A stretch of 64,000 nucleotides of DNA from Oceanospirillaceae bacterium. GTDB taxonomy: Bacteria; Pseudomonadota; Gammaproteobacteria; Pseudomonadales; Balneatricaceae. The first letter of the stretch is position 1. Every line of letters begins with the position of its first letter. Positions 49,928 through 58,983 of this stretch are shown piece after piece. The stretch is from assembly GCA_018647765.1 (NCBI GenBank), contig JABGSN010000030.1:549-64548 (forward strand), given 5' to 3'. The notes under the pieces are model-generated. The model did not search any database and had not been told where the DNA came from. It saw nothing but the letters and a program-made list of their open reading frames with translations. A program made the translations under genes and the position numbers.

Positions 49928-50479
49928 ATGAAGCTACTTATCGACTTTTTACCCATTGTCATCTTTTTTATTGTTTATAAAATGACCGGTGATCTCATAC
50001 TCGCGACCGCCGTGCTTATTCCTGCCACTATGTTGCAGATGGCTTATACCTGGGTTACCACTAAGAAAATTGAAAAAATGCAGCTTATCACCTTGGTGTT
50101 AGTGGTGGTTTTAGGTGGCCTTACGGTGGCCTTGCAAGATGGTCAATTCATAAAGTGGAAACCTACTATCGTTAACTGGTTGTTTGGCTTGGGTTTTTTG
50201 GGTAGTCAGTTTATTGGTAAAAAAACCGTGGTGCAACGGCTAATGGAGAAAGGCGTGCAGTTGCCTCACCGTATTTGGCGTCAGCTCAACTTAGCATGGG
50301 TGGCATTTTTTGCGGCCATGGGCACTATAAATTTGTATGTGGCGTTTAATTTTGATGAAGCCACCTGGGTCGATTTCAAGTTGTTTGGCATGTTGGGTTT
50401 GACCTTTGTATTTATCATAGCTCAAGGTTTATACATGTCGCGCTACATGCCTAAAGATTCTGAAACCGAGGACAAATAA
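49928..50479 (+). CDS. yciB: Intracellular septation protein A
   Basis: MKLLIDFLPIVIFF, FIKWKPTIVNW, WVDFKLFG. Confidence 0.95.
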   Translation: MKLLIDFLPIVIFFIVYKMTGDLILATAVLIPATMLQMAYTWVTTKKIEKMQLITLVLVVVLGGLTVALQDGQFIKWKPTIVNWLFGLGFLGSQFIGKKTVVQRLMEKGVQLPHRIWRQLNLAWVAFFAAMGTINLYVAFNFDEATWVDFKLFGMLGLTFVFIIAQGLYMSRYMPKDSETEDK

Positions 50480-50766
50480 TGTTATTTGCTATTATTGCAG
50501 AAGATGTACAAGACAGTTTGGCTGCACGGTTGCAAGCCCGGCCTGCACACGTTGATCGCTTAAAAGCCTTAGACGCCGAGTCGCGTTTGGTACTTGCTGG
50601 CCCGCACCCACATATTAACGGTGAAGGTTTTAGCGGCAGTTTAATTGTGGCCGAGTTTGCCGACTTGGCCACAGCCCAAGCGTGGGCCGATATTGACCCC
50701 TACATCACCGCGGGCGTGTACCATAAAGTCACCGTTAAACCGTTTAACAAAGTTTTGCCAGCATAG
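50479..50766 (+). CDS. yciI: YciI family protein
   Basis: RLQARPAHVDRL, LAGPHP, GSLIVAEF, DPYITAGVY. Confidence 0.93.
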   Translation: MLFAIIAEDVQDSLAARLQARPAHVDRLKALDAESRLVLAGPHPHINGEGFSGSLIVAEFADLATAQAWADIDPYITAGVYHKVTVKPFNKVLPA

Positions 50767-50776
50767 GACTTATAGC

Positions 50777-51343
50777 ATGAAAATGATTAAGCCATTACTA
50801 GTAGCGCTGTTGGCGATGGGCCTGAGCCTAAACCTTTGGGCCCAAAACCCGCAGGTGGAATTAGAAACGGTACATGGCAGCATTGTGGTTGAGTTAAACC
50901 CAGAGGCTGCGCCGGTCACCGTTGAAAACTTTTTGCATTATGTGAATTCGGGTTATTACCAGTCCACCATTTTTCATCGGGTGATTGCTGGGTTTATGGT
51001 CCAAGGCGGCGGCTTTGGCACCAATGAAAAACCCAAGAAAAGTAGCCAGCCTTCGATTGTAAATGAAGCCAAAAATGGCTTGTCTAACTTGCGCGGTACT
51101 ATTGCGATGGCCAGAACCAGCGCCCCAGACAGTGCCCAAGCGCAGTTTTTCATCAACCACCAAGACAACCCGTTTCTCGATAAGAGTGCCAGTAGTGCCG
51201 GTTATGCCGTTTTTGGTAAGGTGATTAAGGGCATGGACATTGTTGACCGAATCACTCAGGTGCCTACCAAAAATCATGGCATGTATCAGGATTGGCCAGC
51301 CGACCCCGTGTACTTGTACAACGTCTACCTGCTGAATAAATAA
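50777..51343 (+). CDS. ppiA: Periplasmic cyclophilin-type peptidyl-prolyl isomerase
   Basis: Signal peptide; APVTVENFL.Y, FHRVIAGFMVQGGG, GTIAMART, QFFIN, GYAVFGKV; start refined to 50777. Confidence 0.9.
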   Translation: MKMIKPLLVALLAMGLSLNLWAQNPQVELETVHGSIVVELNPEAAPVTVENFLHYVNSGYYQSTIFHRVIAGFMVQGGGFGTNEKPKKSSQPSIVNEAKNGLSNLRGTIAMARTSAPDSAQAQFFINHQDNPFLDKSASSAGYAVFGKVIKGMDIVDRITQVPTKNHGMYQDWPADPVYLYNVYLLNK

Positions 51344-51353
51344 CCCCTAAACT

Positions 51354-53105
51354 ATGAAGCCAAACACTAATAAACGGGCCTTCGCCGACCCTCAGTGTTT
51401 GGTTGCGAGCCATGATTGGCGTCTCACTAAAACCTGTGCCAAACAACGTTTAGCCGAACTCAAGGCCCAGCATGCTGTCAGCGGCTTTTTCGACGCCTTA
51501 AGTAGGCCGCAAGCGGCGCTGCAAGTGTTTGGGGGCGAGTTTGGCAGTGGTTTGGACTTTTTGCTCACCTGGCAATGGTGGAACACTGCCAACAGCGGTG
51601 GGTCGTTAACCTATCTAGCCATCTGTGAGCAACCGCTAACGCTGGATCAGTTACGCCAAACCCAACAGCAATGGCCACAACTCCAGCGCCAATCACAGGC
51701 CCTGCAAGAGCAATATCCGGGCCCCATCAAAGGCTTTCACCAGCTTGATTTTGGCGTGGTCAAACTGATCTTAGTGCAAGCGCCTAAAGCTGAAGCCATG
51801 GCGCAAATTAGGCCAGAGTTTGATGTAAGCCTTTACCCTTGTGTGCCTGAGTCACCAACCCATCAGCTCCATACGTCATATCAGCATCCATGGCAGCGGC
51901 CTCATAACGCCATGGCTCAGGGCAGCCGCGTGGCGGTTATCGGTGGGGGTATCAGTGGTACAGCCACGGCCTATAGTTTGAGCCAGCGGGGTTTTCATGT
52001 CACCCTCATCGAGCAAGGTCAGAACCTTGCTAGCGGCGCCTCTGGCAACCGGCAAGGCATGCTTTATGCCAAGCTGCCAGACAACGCCACGGTGGCAGGG
52101 CAGTTCCATCAGCAAGGCCTGCAACATAGTATGGCCTTGATCAAACGCAGCTTAAGTAGCGAACATTGGCGCGCGTGTGGACTATTGCAGTTGGCTAAGT
52201 CCTCCCGTGAAGATCAACAAATGCAAGCTGTGATGGCCCGTGGTTATCCCTCTTCTTGGTTACAACACCTTAGTTTGGCCGATGCTCAGGCCATGGCTAA
52301 ACAACCCCTCGCTGCTGGCGGGTTGTTTTTTCCTGCAAGTGGTTGGGTGTCACCTGCTCACTGGTGTCAGGCCCTGTTTGAACTCAGTGGTGCCAGCTTG
52401 TGGCGTGCTAGCCAAGTGCAGGACTTAACCCAGGACGAGGGTTGGCAAGTTCAAGTGACGGGTGATCATCAAGGACTACATCATTTTGATGCCGTGGTGT
52501 TAGCTAATGCTAATGACGCAAAAATCTTAGTGCCGCAGCAAGCGTTGGCGCTCAAATCCATTCGTGGTCAAGTGAGTTATGTGCAATCACAGCAAGGACC
52601 GGATGTGGTGGTGTGTGGCGAAGGTTACGTGACCCCCGCCCAGTCAGGATTGTTAGCGGCAGGTGCCAGCTACAACCTGCATATGGACGATGACGGCTTG
52701 TCAGAGCAAGATCATAGGGACAACTTGCAACGTATGGCCGATGTGCTGCCTAAAACTGCTAATACAGCCTTAGGCGACGTACAGGGCGGGCGGGTAGGCT
52801 TTAGGTCGGTCACGCCAGACTATTTACCCATGGTGGGTCAGATCGCCGATGAAAACAGCGTGATTGAGCGCTTTGGCAAGCTCAGAAAAGACGCTAACTA
52901 TAAGTTCCAACAGGCTATGCCATACTTACAGGGCCTGTATATTAATGCTGGGCACGGCTCTAAAGGCTTGATTAGCGCCCCCTTAAGCGCCGAAATATTA
53001 GCCAGCCAAATGGCAAACCAGGCCTTGCCTGTGGCACAATGCGTGGCACGGGGTTTGGACCCTAATCGATTCCTGATCCGTGATTTAATTCGCCGTAAAC
53101 GTTAA
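51354..53105 (+). CDS. mnmC: MnmC-like tRNA mnm5s2U biosynthesis protein; FAD oxidase domain intact, methyltransferase domain degenerate
   Basis: IGGGISG, ASGASGNRQG.LY, IRGQVS, GRVGFRSVTPDYLP.VG, GHGSKGL; N-terminus keeps only FGSGLDFL and GFH traces and lacks DAWFLDGF. Confidence 0.85.
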   Translation: MKPNTNKRAFADPQCLVASHDWRLTKTCAKQRLAELKAQHAVSGFFDALSRPQAALQVFGGEFGSGLDFLLTWQWWNTANSGGSLTYLAICEQPLTLDQLRQTQQQWPQLQRQSQALQEQYPGPIKGFHQLDFGVVKLILVQAPKAEAMAQIRPEFDVSLYPCVPESPTHQLHTSYQHPWQRPHNAMAQGSRVAVIGGGISGTATAYSLSQRGFHVTLIEQGQNLASGASGNRQGMLYAKLPDNATVAGQFHQQGLQHSMALIKRSLSSEHWRACGLLQLAKSSREDQQMQAVMARGYPSSWLQHLSLADAQAMAKQPLAAGGLFFPASGWVSPAHWCQALFELSGASLWRASQVQDLTQDEGWQVQVTGDHQGLHHFDAVVLANANDAKILVPQQALALKSIRGQVSYVQSQQGPDVVVCGEGYVTPAQSGLLAAGASYNLHMDDDGLSEQDHRDNLQRMADVLPKTANTALGDVQGGRVGFRSVTPDYLPMVGQIADENSVIERFGKLRKDANYKFQQAMPYLQGLYINAGHGSKGLISAPLSAEILASQMANQALPVAQCVARGLDPNRFLIRDLIRRKR

Positions 53106-53119
53106 CTGAGACTCTCACC

Positions 53120-53503
53120 GTGAACCCAACCAAAATTAAACTACACAAAAGTAGCAATACCTTAGAACTGAGTTATGCGGAAGCCGAAGGTGAAGTCAGT
53201 TACACGCTGAACGCAGAATACTTACGTGTTTCATCTCCCAGTGCCGAAGTTCGTGGCCACAGCCCAGACCAAGCCGTTTTGCAGGTGGGTAAAAGTAAGG
53301 TCAAGCTGGTGGGTATTGAGGCCGTGGGCCATTATGCCGTGAAGCTTGATTATGACGACGGCCATGATTCGGGGCTCTACACATGGGACTATTTGCGTGA
53401 CCTGAGTGTTAACCAAGCTCAGCACTGGGCTGACTACTTAGACGCGTTAAACCAAGCCAAGCAAAGCCGAGACCCACACACTAGCGTGGTGCAGTTTGTT
53501 TAG
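53120..53503 (+). CDS. DUF971 / gamma-butyrobetaine-hydroxylase-like N-terminal domain protein
   Basis: AEYLRVSSPSAEVRGH, VGHYAVKLDYDDGHDSGLYTWDYL. Confidence 0.88.
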   Translation: MNPTKIKLHKSSNTLELSYAEAEGEVSYTLNAEYLRVSSPSAEVRGHSPDQAVLQVGKSKVKLVGIEAVGHYAVKLDYDDGHDSGLYTWDYLRDLSVNQAQHWADYLDALNQAKQSRDPHTSVVQFV

Positions 53504-53520
53504 CTAACGGTACCTCAGCA

Positions 53521-53646
53521 CGTCTCGTTATCTCAGATTCTGACCTACGTCAGAATGACGCAAATACACGTCTTTGCGAACGCAGTGAAGCAATCCAAGT
53601 CCGCGGTAGTGGATTGCCGCGGTACTTCGCGCCTCGCAAAGACGGG
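53521..53646. repeat. Composite REP-like element, copy I
   Basis: AGATTCTGACCTACGTCAGAATGACG followed by CGTCTTTGCGAACGCAGTGAAGCAATCC-aagtccgcggtag-TGGATTGCCGCGG...CCTCGCAAAGACG; lies between convergent genes. Confidence 0.88.
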
Positions 53647-53654
53647 GTAGTCAG

Positions 53655-54269
53655 CTAAATGATCACCAAGTGATTGGGTAATTCGTCCTTATTGTGGGTC
53701 GCAGGCACTTTGTCGGCTAATAATTCACCGCAAGCATTGATGGCGCCCGTGAGTCCAGCTTCGGTGTTGCCGGCTTTTATTTGACCTAGTAGGTGATTGA
53801 CGATGTTACTCCATGCGTCATCGGCTACCAGCTTGTTGATGCCTCGGTCGGCTAAGATTTCCACATAGTGTTCGGCTTCTGAGACAAAAATCAGCATCCC
53901 AGTTTCTGCTTGGGTGTGGTGCAAACCTTGGGCCAAAAACTGCTGTTTAGCCACCAATGAGGCACGGGCGAATTTAACTTGTTTAGGCACTAAGGCAAGC
54001 TTTAATGGCTGCCAACGAAATACCACAGTTAACACCACGAACTCGATCAATTGAATCCATAAGAGGTCGGTTTGGCTTAGCCATAAGTTGGTTTGCAACA
54101 GTAACGCCGGAGTGACTAAGGCAATCAACGCGGCCCACATAGTCGGAATAAAGTAATAGTCGTCACTTTGCCCAGCCAACACCGTCACCAATTCGGCGTC
54201 GGTATTGCTTTCGGCCTGCTCAATGGCTTTTTGTACTTTGATTTGTTGTTGTTCGTTTATTAATGTCAT
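53655..54269 (-). CDS. TPM-domain membrane protein (DUF477-like)
   Basis: AESNTDAELV, GMLIFVSEAEHYVEILADRGI, DELPNHL; start refined to 54269. Confidence 0.88.
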   Translation of the reverse strand: MTLINEQQQIKVQKAIEQAESNTDAELVTVLAGQSDDYYFIPTMWAALIALVTPALLLQTNLWLSQTDLLWIQLIEFVVLTVVFRWQPLKLALVPKQVKFARASLVAKQQFLAQGLHHTQAETGMLIFVSEAEHYVEILADRGINKLVADDAWSNIVNHLLGQIKAGNTEAGLTGAINACGELLADKVPATHNKDELPNHLVII

Positions 54270-54270
54270 G

Positions 54271-55014
54271 TTACCAACCTCCCGACGCACCGCCGCCTCC
54301 GAATCCGCCGCCACCGCCGGAAAATCCACCAAAACTGCCACCTGAACCACTGCTTCCACCTCTTCCGCCGCCCGCAAGCAACAGCAACATCAATGGCGAG
54401 ATTCCCGCACCTGGGCGACCACGGCGATTTAAGGCAATGCCCAGTAATATGAATAGAAAAATAAGGCCGGGTAAAGCCCGTGTAGACTCAGAGTTATTGG
54501 CACCGCTAGGTGCTACATACTGCCCCCCTAAAGCCACCACAATGGCTTCTGTACCGGCTAATAAGCCACCGCTAAAGTCGCCTTTTTTGAACATAGGCAA
54601 CATGATTTGCTGCACAATGCTGGCACTTACGGCGTCGGTCATTATGCCTTCTAAACCGTAGCCCACTTCAATACGCACCTTACGTTCTTTTTTGGCAAGA
54701 ATAAGAACGATGCCGTTGTCGGCCTCTTTTTGGCCCACACCCCAAGCACGGCCCATGTCTACACCGGCCTGTTCGATACTGTAGCCCTGCAGATCTTTAA
54801 AGGTGGCAACCACAATTTGGTTGCTGGAGGCTTGTTCGTGGCCTGCCAATAACTTATTGATGCGTTGCTGGGTAGCACCATCAATCAATTGGGCTTGATC
54901 GAGTATACGGCCCGTGAGTTTAGGCACTTGGAACTCGGCCCAACTGGGTAAAGACACCAATGTGAGGCTCATAATGGCGCTTATAAATACGCCTTTTAAC
55001 CAAGAAGGGGCCAT
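54271..55014 (-). CDS. TPM-domain protein (YgcG-like)
   Basis: WGVGQKEADNGIVL, RIEVGYGLEG..TD, Gly-rich tail GGGGGFGGGGASGGW. Confidence 0.92.
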   Translation of the reverse strand: MAPSWLKGVFISAIMSLTLVSLPSWAEFQVPKLTGRILDQAQLIDGATQQRINKLLAGHEQASSNQIVVATFKDLQGYSIEQAGVDMGRAWGVGQKEADNGIVLILAKKERKVRIEVGYGLEGIMTDAVSASIVQQIMLPMFKKGDFSGGLLAGTEAIVVALGGQYVAPSGANNSESTRALPGLIFLFILLGIALNRRGRPGAGISPLMLLLLAGGGRGGSSGSGGSFGGFSGGGGGFGGGGASGGW

Positions 55015-55622
55015 TAGAAGCTTACCTTAGGCGCGGTTTCTGCGTCTTGGGTGGTGGCGATGTAAGCGTCGCGCAGTTTTAAATCGCTGTACAAAAAGCT
55101 GTGCCAAAGCTTGCCCGGGAAGGTGCGAATCTCGGTGTTAAAGCGTTCGGTGGCGGTAATATAGTCTCTGCGGGCGACGCTAATGCGGTTTTCTGTGCCT
55201 TCAAGTTGCGATTGTAGCGCCAAAAAGTTTTGGTTGGCCTTGAGGTCTGGGTAGCGCTCGCTCACCACCAGTAAGCGCTTTAAAGCACTGCCGAGCTGGC
55301 CTTGAGCTTCTTGAAATTGCTGCATGGCCTGAGGGTTCTCAAGCAGGTTTTTATTCACTTGAATAGAACCCACCTTAGCTCTCGCGTTAGTAACTGCAGT
55401 GAGAGTGTCTTTTTCGTGGGCGGCATAGCCTTTAACGGTGCTCACCAAGTTAGGGATAAGGTCGGCGCGGCGTTGGTATTGGTTTTCTACCTGTGACCAA
55501 GCCGACTTGACCTGTTCGTCGTAGGTAGGAATGTTGTTTACGCCGCAGGCGGAGAGGGCGAGTGTAGAAATAACTAAAGTGAGTACCAGGCTCAAGCGTT
55601 TTAATGACGACATAAACAACAT
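55014..55622 (-). CDS. lemA: LemA family lipoprotein
   Basis: LSACG lipobox, VENQYQRRADLIPNLV, YPDLKANQNF..LQ..LEGTENRI. Confidence 0.95.
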   Translation of the reverse strand: MLFMSSLKRLSLVLTLVISTLALSACGVNNIPTYDEQVKSAWSQVENQYQRRADLIPNLVSTVKGYAAHEKDTLTAVTNARAKVGSIQVNKNLLENPQAMQQFQEAQGQLGSALKRLLVVSERYPDLKANQNFLALQSQLEGTENRISVARRDYITATERFNTEIRTFPGKLWHSFLYSDLKLRDAYIATTQDAETAPKVSF

Positions 55623-55720
55623 CCAAAGGTTCTTTGATTAAGCATTAATAATGCGGCAAATTATCAGTTTTGCAAGCGCTGTGGATAAATTTAACGCTGA
55701 TGTGGGTTTTTGGTTGGGGT

Positions 55721-56275
55721 TTAACCAATGGGTGTGGTGCGCCCAGAGTCGGCGTCGCCTAAGTATAAGTTAAAGCGCCCACTTTGACGTTCACTTGCGT
55801 GACGTTTGAGCATGGTTTTTATGGCGGGGTAGGCCAGCAGGTGCCAGGGCACTTGGTCTGCTTTAAACCACTGAACCGCGCTTGATTCTAGCCCCATGGG
55901 CTGGGTTTGGGCGACAAATTGGGCGCGGTAAATAACATATACTTGGTGCATATGGATAACATTGAATACCGAATACAAATCCAAAATTCCGACCTGCATA
56001 CCGGTTTCTTCTAGGGTTTCACGCTGCGCAGCGGCTTCTGTGCTTTCGCCATTTTCCATAAATCCAGCGGCCACAGTCCAGGTGTTTTTTTGTGGTTCGA
56101 TGGCCCTAAGGCACAAGGCAATCTCGTCATCGCGTTCAATAATACAGCCACAAATGATACTGGGGTTATGGTAATGGACTTGCTGGCAGGATGTGCATGT
56201 GAGCCGTGGGTGGGTATCTCCATGGGGCACTTGTAGCTGCAGTTGGTCAGAACCACAATGGCTGCAAAAATTCAT
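55721..56275 (-). CDS. Nudix hydrolase with N-terminal zinc ribbon (NUDX23-like)
   Basis: FCSHCG...CTSC..VHYHNP; intact Nudix box GFMENGESTEAAAQRETLEETG. Confidence 0.9.
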   Translation of the reverse strand: MNFCSHCGSDQLQLQVPHGDTHPRLTCTSCQQVHYHNPSIICGCIIERDDEIALCLRAIEPQKNTWTVAAGFMENGESTEAAAQRETLEETGMQVGILDLYSVFNVIHMHQVYVIYRAQFVAQTQPMGLESSAVQWFKADQVPWHLLAYPAIKTMLKRHASERQSGRFNLYLGDADSGRTTPIG

Positions 56276-56277
56276 GC

Positions 56278-56955
56278 TTAAGCGTTATTGATTTGCTTTA
56301 GAGCAATGGCGCCGGCGGCTTGAACATGGCCTACGCAGGCTTGGCGAGCCGCTTCTGGGTCGCGCTTAGCAATGGCTTGCATAATATTCTGCATTTCAGT
56401 GAGGCTGTCTTCCCATCGTCCCGTTTTGGAGATGGTGCCTGCGCGCAGTACCATGATACGTGCCAGTAGACGATTGAGGCTACTGCCCAGCTCTAAATTG
56501 CCACTGCCTTCGAGTAATTGGTCGTAAAAGTCTTTGGTGCAAGCCAAAATCTCACTCACTTCAGAGCGATCAAATGACTCTTTTAAAGCATTGGTGGTGG
56601 CTTGTAACTGCTGCACTTGTTGGTCCGATGCACGGCTACAAAACAGTTCGCCTGCAAGGCCTTCAAGGGCTGCCCTTAGTTCATAAATGTTCTTCACATC
56701 TACGGCGTCGAGCACAGTAACGCTGGGGCCACGTTGGCCTGCGTATTGCACTAAACCTTCGGATTCTAAATGACGTAAGGCTTCGCGTACGGAGGTACGG
56801 CTCACGTCCAGCACTTTGCATAACTCGCGTTCGACCAGTCGTTGGCCGGGTTTAAGTTGGGTGCTGATTATCGCATCACGTAACTTATCCAATACAATTT
56901 GACGTAGAGTAATGGTGTTACGGGTGACTTTTAGGTTGGTGAGATTGGCGACCAC
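56278..56955 (-). CDS. GntR/FCD family transcriptional regulator
   Basis: LKPGQRLVERELC..LDVSRTSVREALRHLESEGLV; YELRAALEG FCD domain. Confidence 0.92.
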   Translation of the reverse strand: MVANLTNLKVTRNTITLRQIVLDKLRDAIISTQLKPGQRLVERELCKVLDVSRTSVREALRHLESEGLVQYAGQRGPSVTVLDAVDVKNIYELRAALEGLAGELFCSRASDQQVQQLQATTNALKESFDRSEVSEILACTKDFYDQLLEGSGNLELGSSLNRLLARIMVLRAGTISKTGRWEDSLTEMQNIMQAIAKRDPEAARQACVGHVQAAGAIALKQINNA

Positions 56956-56958
56956 GAG

Positions 56959-57369
56959 TTAACACTCAGCCTGTTTTTCAGCGGCCATTTCACTGATGAC
57001 TTCTCGCGCGGTGCGAAACGCATCAATGGAGGCTGGTACACCGCAATAAATAGCCGACTGTAATAACACTTCACGAATCTCATCTTGGCTACAACCATTG
57101 TTAAAGGCACCACGGATGTGTAGCTTTAGTTCATGGGGGCGATTTAACGCTGTAATCATGGCGAGGTTAATGAGGCTTCGGGTTTGCTTAGGCAAACCCT
57201 CTCGGTTCCAGATACTGTCCCAGCAATATTCGGTCACTAGCTCTTGCAAGGGCCAAGTAAAGTCATCGGCAGCAGCAATGGATGCGTCAACGTAGGCGTC
57301 ACCTAACACTGCTTTACGGGTTTTTAGTCCGGCTTCAAACTTGTCTGAACGGGCTTGCTGGTCTGTCAT
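56959..57369 (-). CDS. Carboxymuconolactone decarboxylase (PcaC/CMD) family protein
   Basis: GLKTRKAVLG..YVD, WDSIWNREGL, ELKLHIRGA..NG, IYCGVPA. Confidence 0.88.
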   Translation of the reverse strand: MTDQQARSDKFEAGLKTRKAVLGDAYVDASIAAADDFTWPLQELVTEYCWDSIWNREGLPKQTRSLINLAMITALNRPHELKLHIRGAFNNGCSQDEIREVLLQSAIYCGVPASIDAFRTAREVISEMAAEKQAEC

Positions 57370-57401
57370 CTGGATCTCTCATTGCGATGGTGTCTGGTGG
57401 T

Positions 57402-58853
57402 TTATAAACCACCCATTAACATGTATTTAATTTCTAAGAAGTCTTCAATGCCGTAATGGGATCCTTCGCGGCCCATACCTGATTCTTTGACGCCACCAAA
57501 CGGTGCCACTTCGGTAGAGATTATGCCTTCGTTGATGCCTACAATACCATATTCTAAGCCTTCACCGACACGCCATACGCGGCCAATGTCGCGAGTATAG
57601 AAATAGGCGGCTAAACCAAACTCGGTGTCGTTGGCCATAGCGATGGCTTGCGCTTCGTCTTTAAACTTAAAGATGGGGGCTAGGGGGCCAAATGTTTCTT
57701 CGGTGGCCACTTTCATGTCGGTGGTGACGTTACTAATGATGGTTGGCGTAAAGAAACTGCCGCCTAAGGCGTGGCTGTCACCACCACACACCAAACTGCC
57801 GCCCTTGCTGAGGGCGTCTTCAATGTGCTCTTTGACTTTATCTATGGCACCTTGGTTGATCATAGGACCTTGGGTTACGCCCTCATCCATACCGTTGCCA
57901 ACTTGTAACTCGGCCACTTTGGCGGCAAATTTCTCGACAAAGGCGTCATGCACACCTTCTTGTACGATAAAGCGGTTAACACAAACACAGGTTTGGCCAG
58001 CGTTGCGGTATTTGCCGGCAATAGCACCGGCCACTGCAGCATCTAAATCGGCGTCATCAAACACGATAAACGGCGCATTGCCGCCTAGTTCTAACGACAC
58101 TTTCTTTAAGGTTGGCGCACATTGCTGCATCAACAATTTGCCCACGGGCGTCGAACCAGTAAAGGTGAGCTTACGCACTGTAGGGTTGCTGGTGAGCTCG
58201 GCACCAATGGGTCTAGACTTGCCCGTAATCACGTTAAATACGCCAGCAGGAATGCCCGCTTCTTCTGCTAATACGGCCAAGGCTAAGGCAGAGAAAGGCG
58301 TCTCTGCCGCAGGGCGTACAACAAAGCCACAGCCCGCTGCTAATGCAGGGCCACATTTGCGGGTGATCATGGCAGCAGGAAAGTTCCAAGGCGTAATGGC
58401 AGCAACGACACCAATCGGTTCTTTGGTGACAACAATACGAGCATCGGCTTTATGGGTGGGGATAATATCGCCGTAGGTGCGTTTGCCTTCTTCGGCAAAC
58501 CATTCGATAAAGCTAGCGGCATAGGCGATTTCGCCTTTGGCTTCGTTAAGGGGTTTGCCTTGCTCTAAGGTCATGATTTTACCAAGGTCATCTTGGTTGG
58601 CCATAATTAAGTCAAACCAGTGACGCAAGGTAACCGCACGTTGTTTGGCCGTGAGTTTGCGCCAGCTAATCATAGCCACGCGTGCTGCTTCTATGGCGCG
58701 CGCGGTTTCTACCCCAGTCATATCCGGAATGCTACCTAGCACTTCACCGTTTGCGGGGTTGGTTACTTCGATGGTGGCGTTCGAATCAGCGTCTAGCCAA
58801 GTACCGTTGATGTAGGCTTGTTGGCGAAATAAGGCGGGGTTGGCTAGTTGCAT
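57402..58853 (-). CDS. gabD: NAD(P)-dependent succinate-semialdehyde dehydrogenase
   Basis: WFAEEGKRTYGDIIP, ITPWNFPAAMITRK, LELGGNAP, RNAGQTCVC, GREGS.YGIE. Confidence 0.92.
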   Translation of the reverse strand: MQLANPALFRQQAYINGTWLDADSNATIEVTNPANGEVLGSIPDMTGVETARAIEAARVAMISWRKLTAKQRAVTLRHWFDLIMANQDDLGKIMTLEQGKPLNEAKGEIAYAASFIEWFAEEGKRTYGDIIPTHKADARIVVTKEPIGVVAAITPWNFPAAMITRKCGPALAAGCGFVVRPAAETPFSALALAVLAEEAGIPAGVFNVITGKSRPIGAELTSNPTVRKLTFTGSTPVGKLLMQQCAPTLKKVSLELGGNAPFIVFDDADLDAAVAGAIAGKYRNAGQTCVCVNRFIVQEGVHDAFVEKFAAKVAELQVGNGMDEGVTQGPMINQGAIDKVKEHIEDALSKGGSLVCGGDSHALGGSFFTPTIISNVTTDMKVATEETFGPLAPIFKFKDEAQAIAMANDTEFGLAAYFYTRDIGRVWRVGEGLEYGIVGINEGIISTEVAPFGGVKESGMGREGSHYGIEDFLEIKYMLMGGL

Positions 58854-58983
58854 GGGGTCAATCCTGTAGTTAAAAATAGCAAGTTGCTAGGTGTGCTTTA
58901 TATTACATTAAATTGTTCAATATATTAAACGCTTCAGGGCGACATTTATATTAAAATGTTAACTAAAGTGATGTCGCCTGTCA

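Noticed and set aside
55680-55688. Perfect DnaA box (TGTGGATAA)
   Set aside because: A single isolated 9-mer, with no cluster or oriC context.
57625-58476. 283-aa plus-strand ORF, and similar antisense ORFs over groEL, flgI, fliC, paaZ and the ALDHs
   Set aside because: Shadow ORFs antisense to well-conserved genes, with no recognisable motifs.
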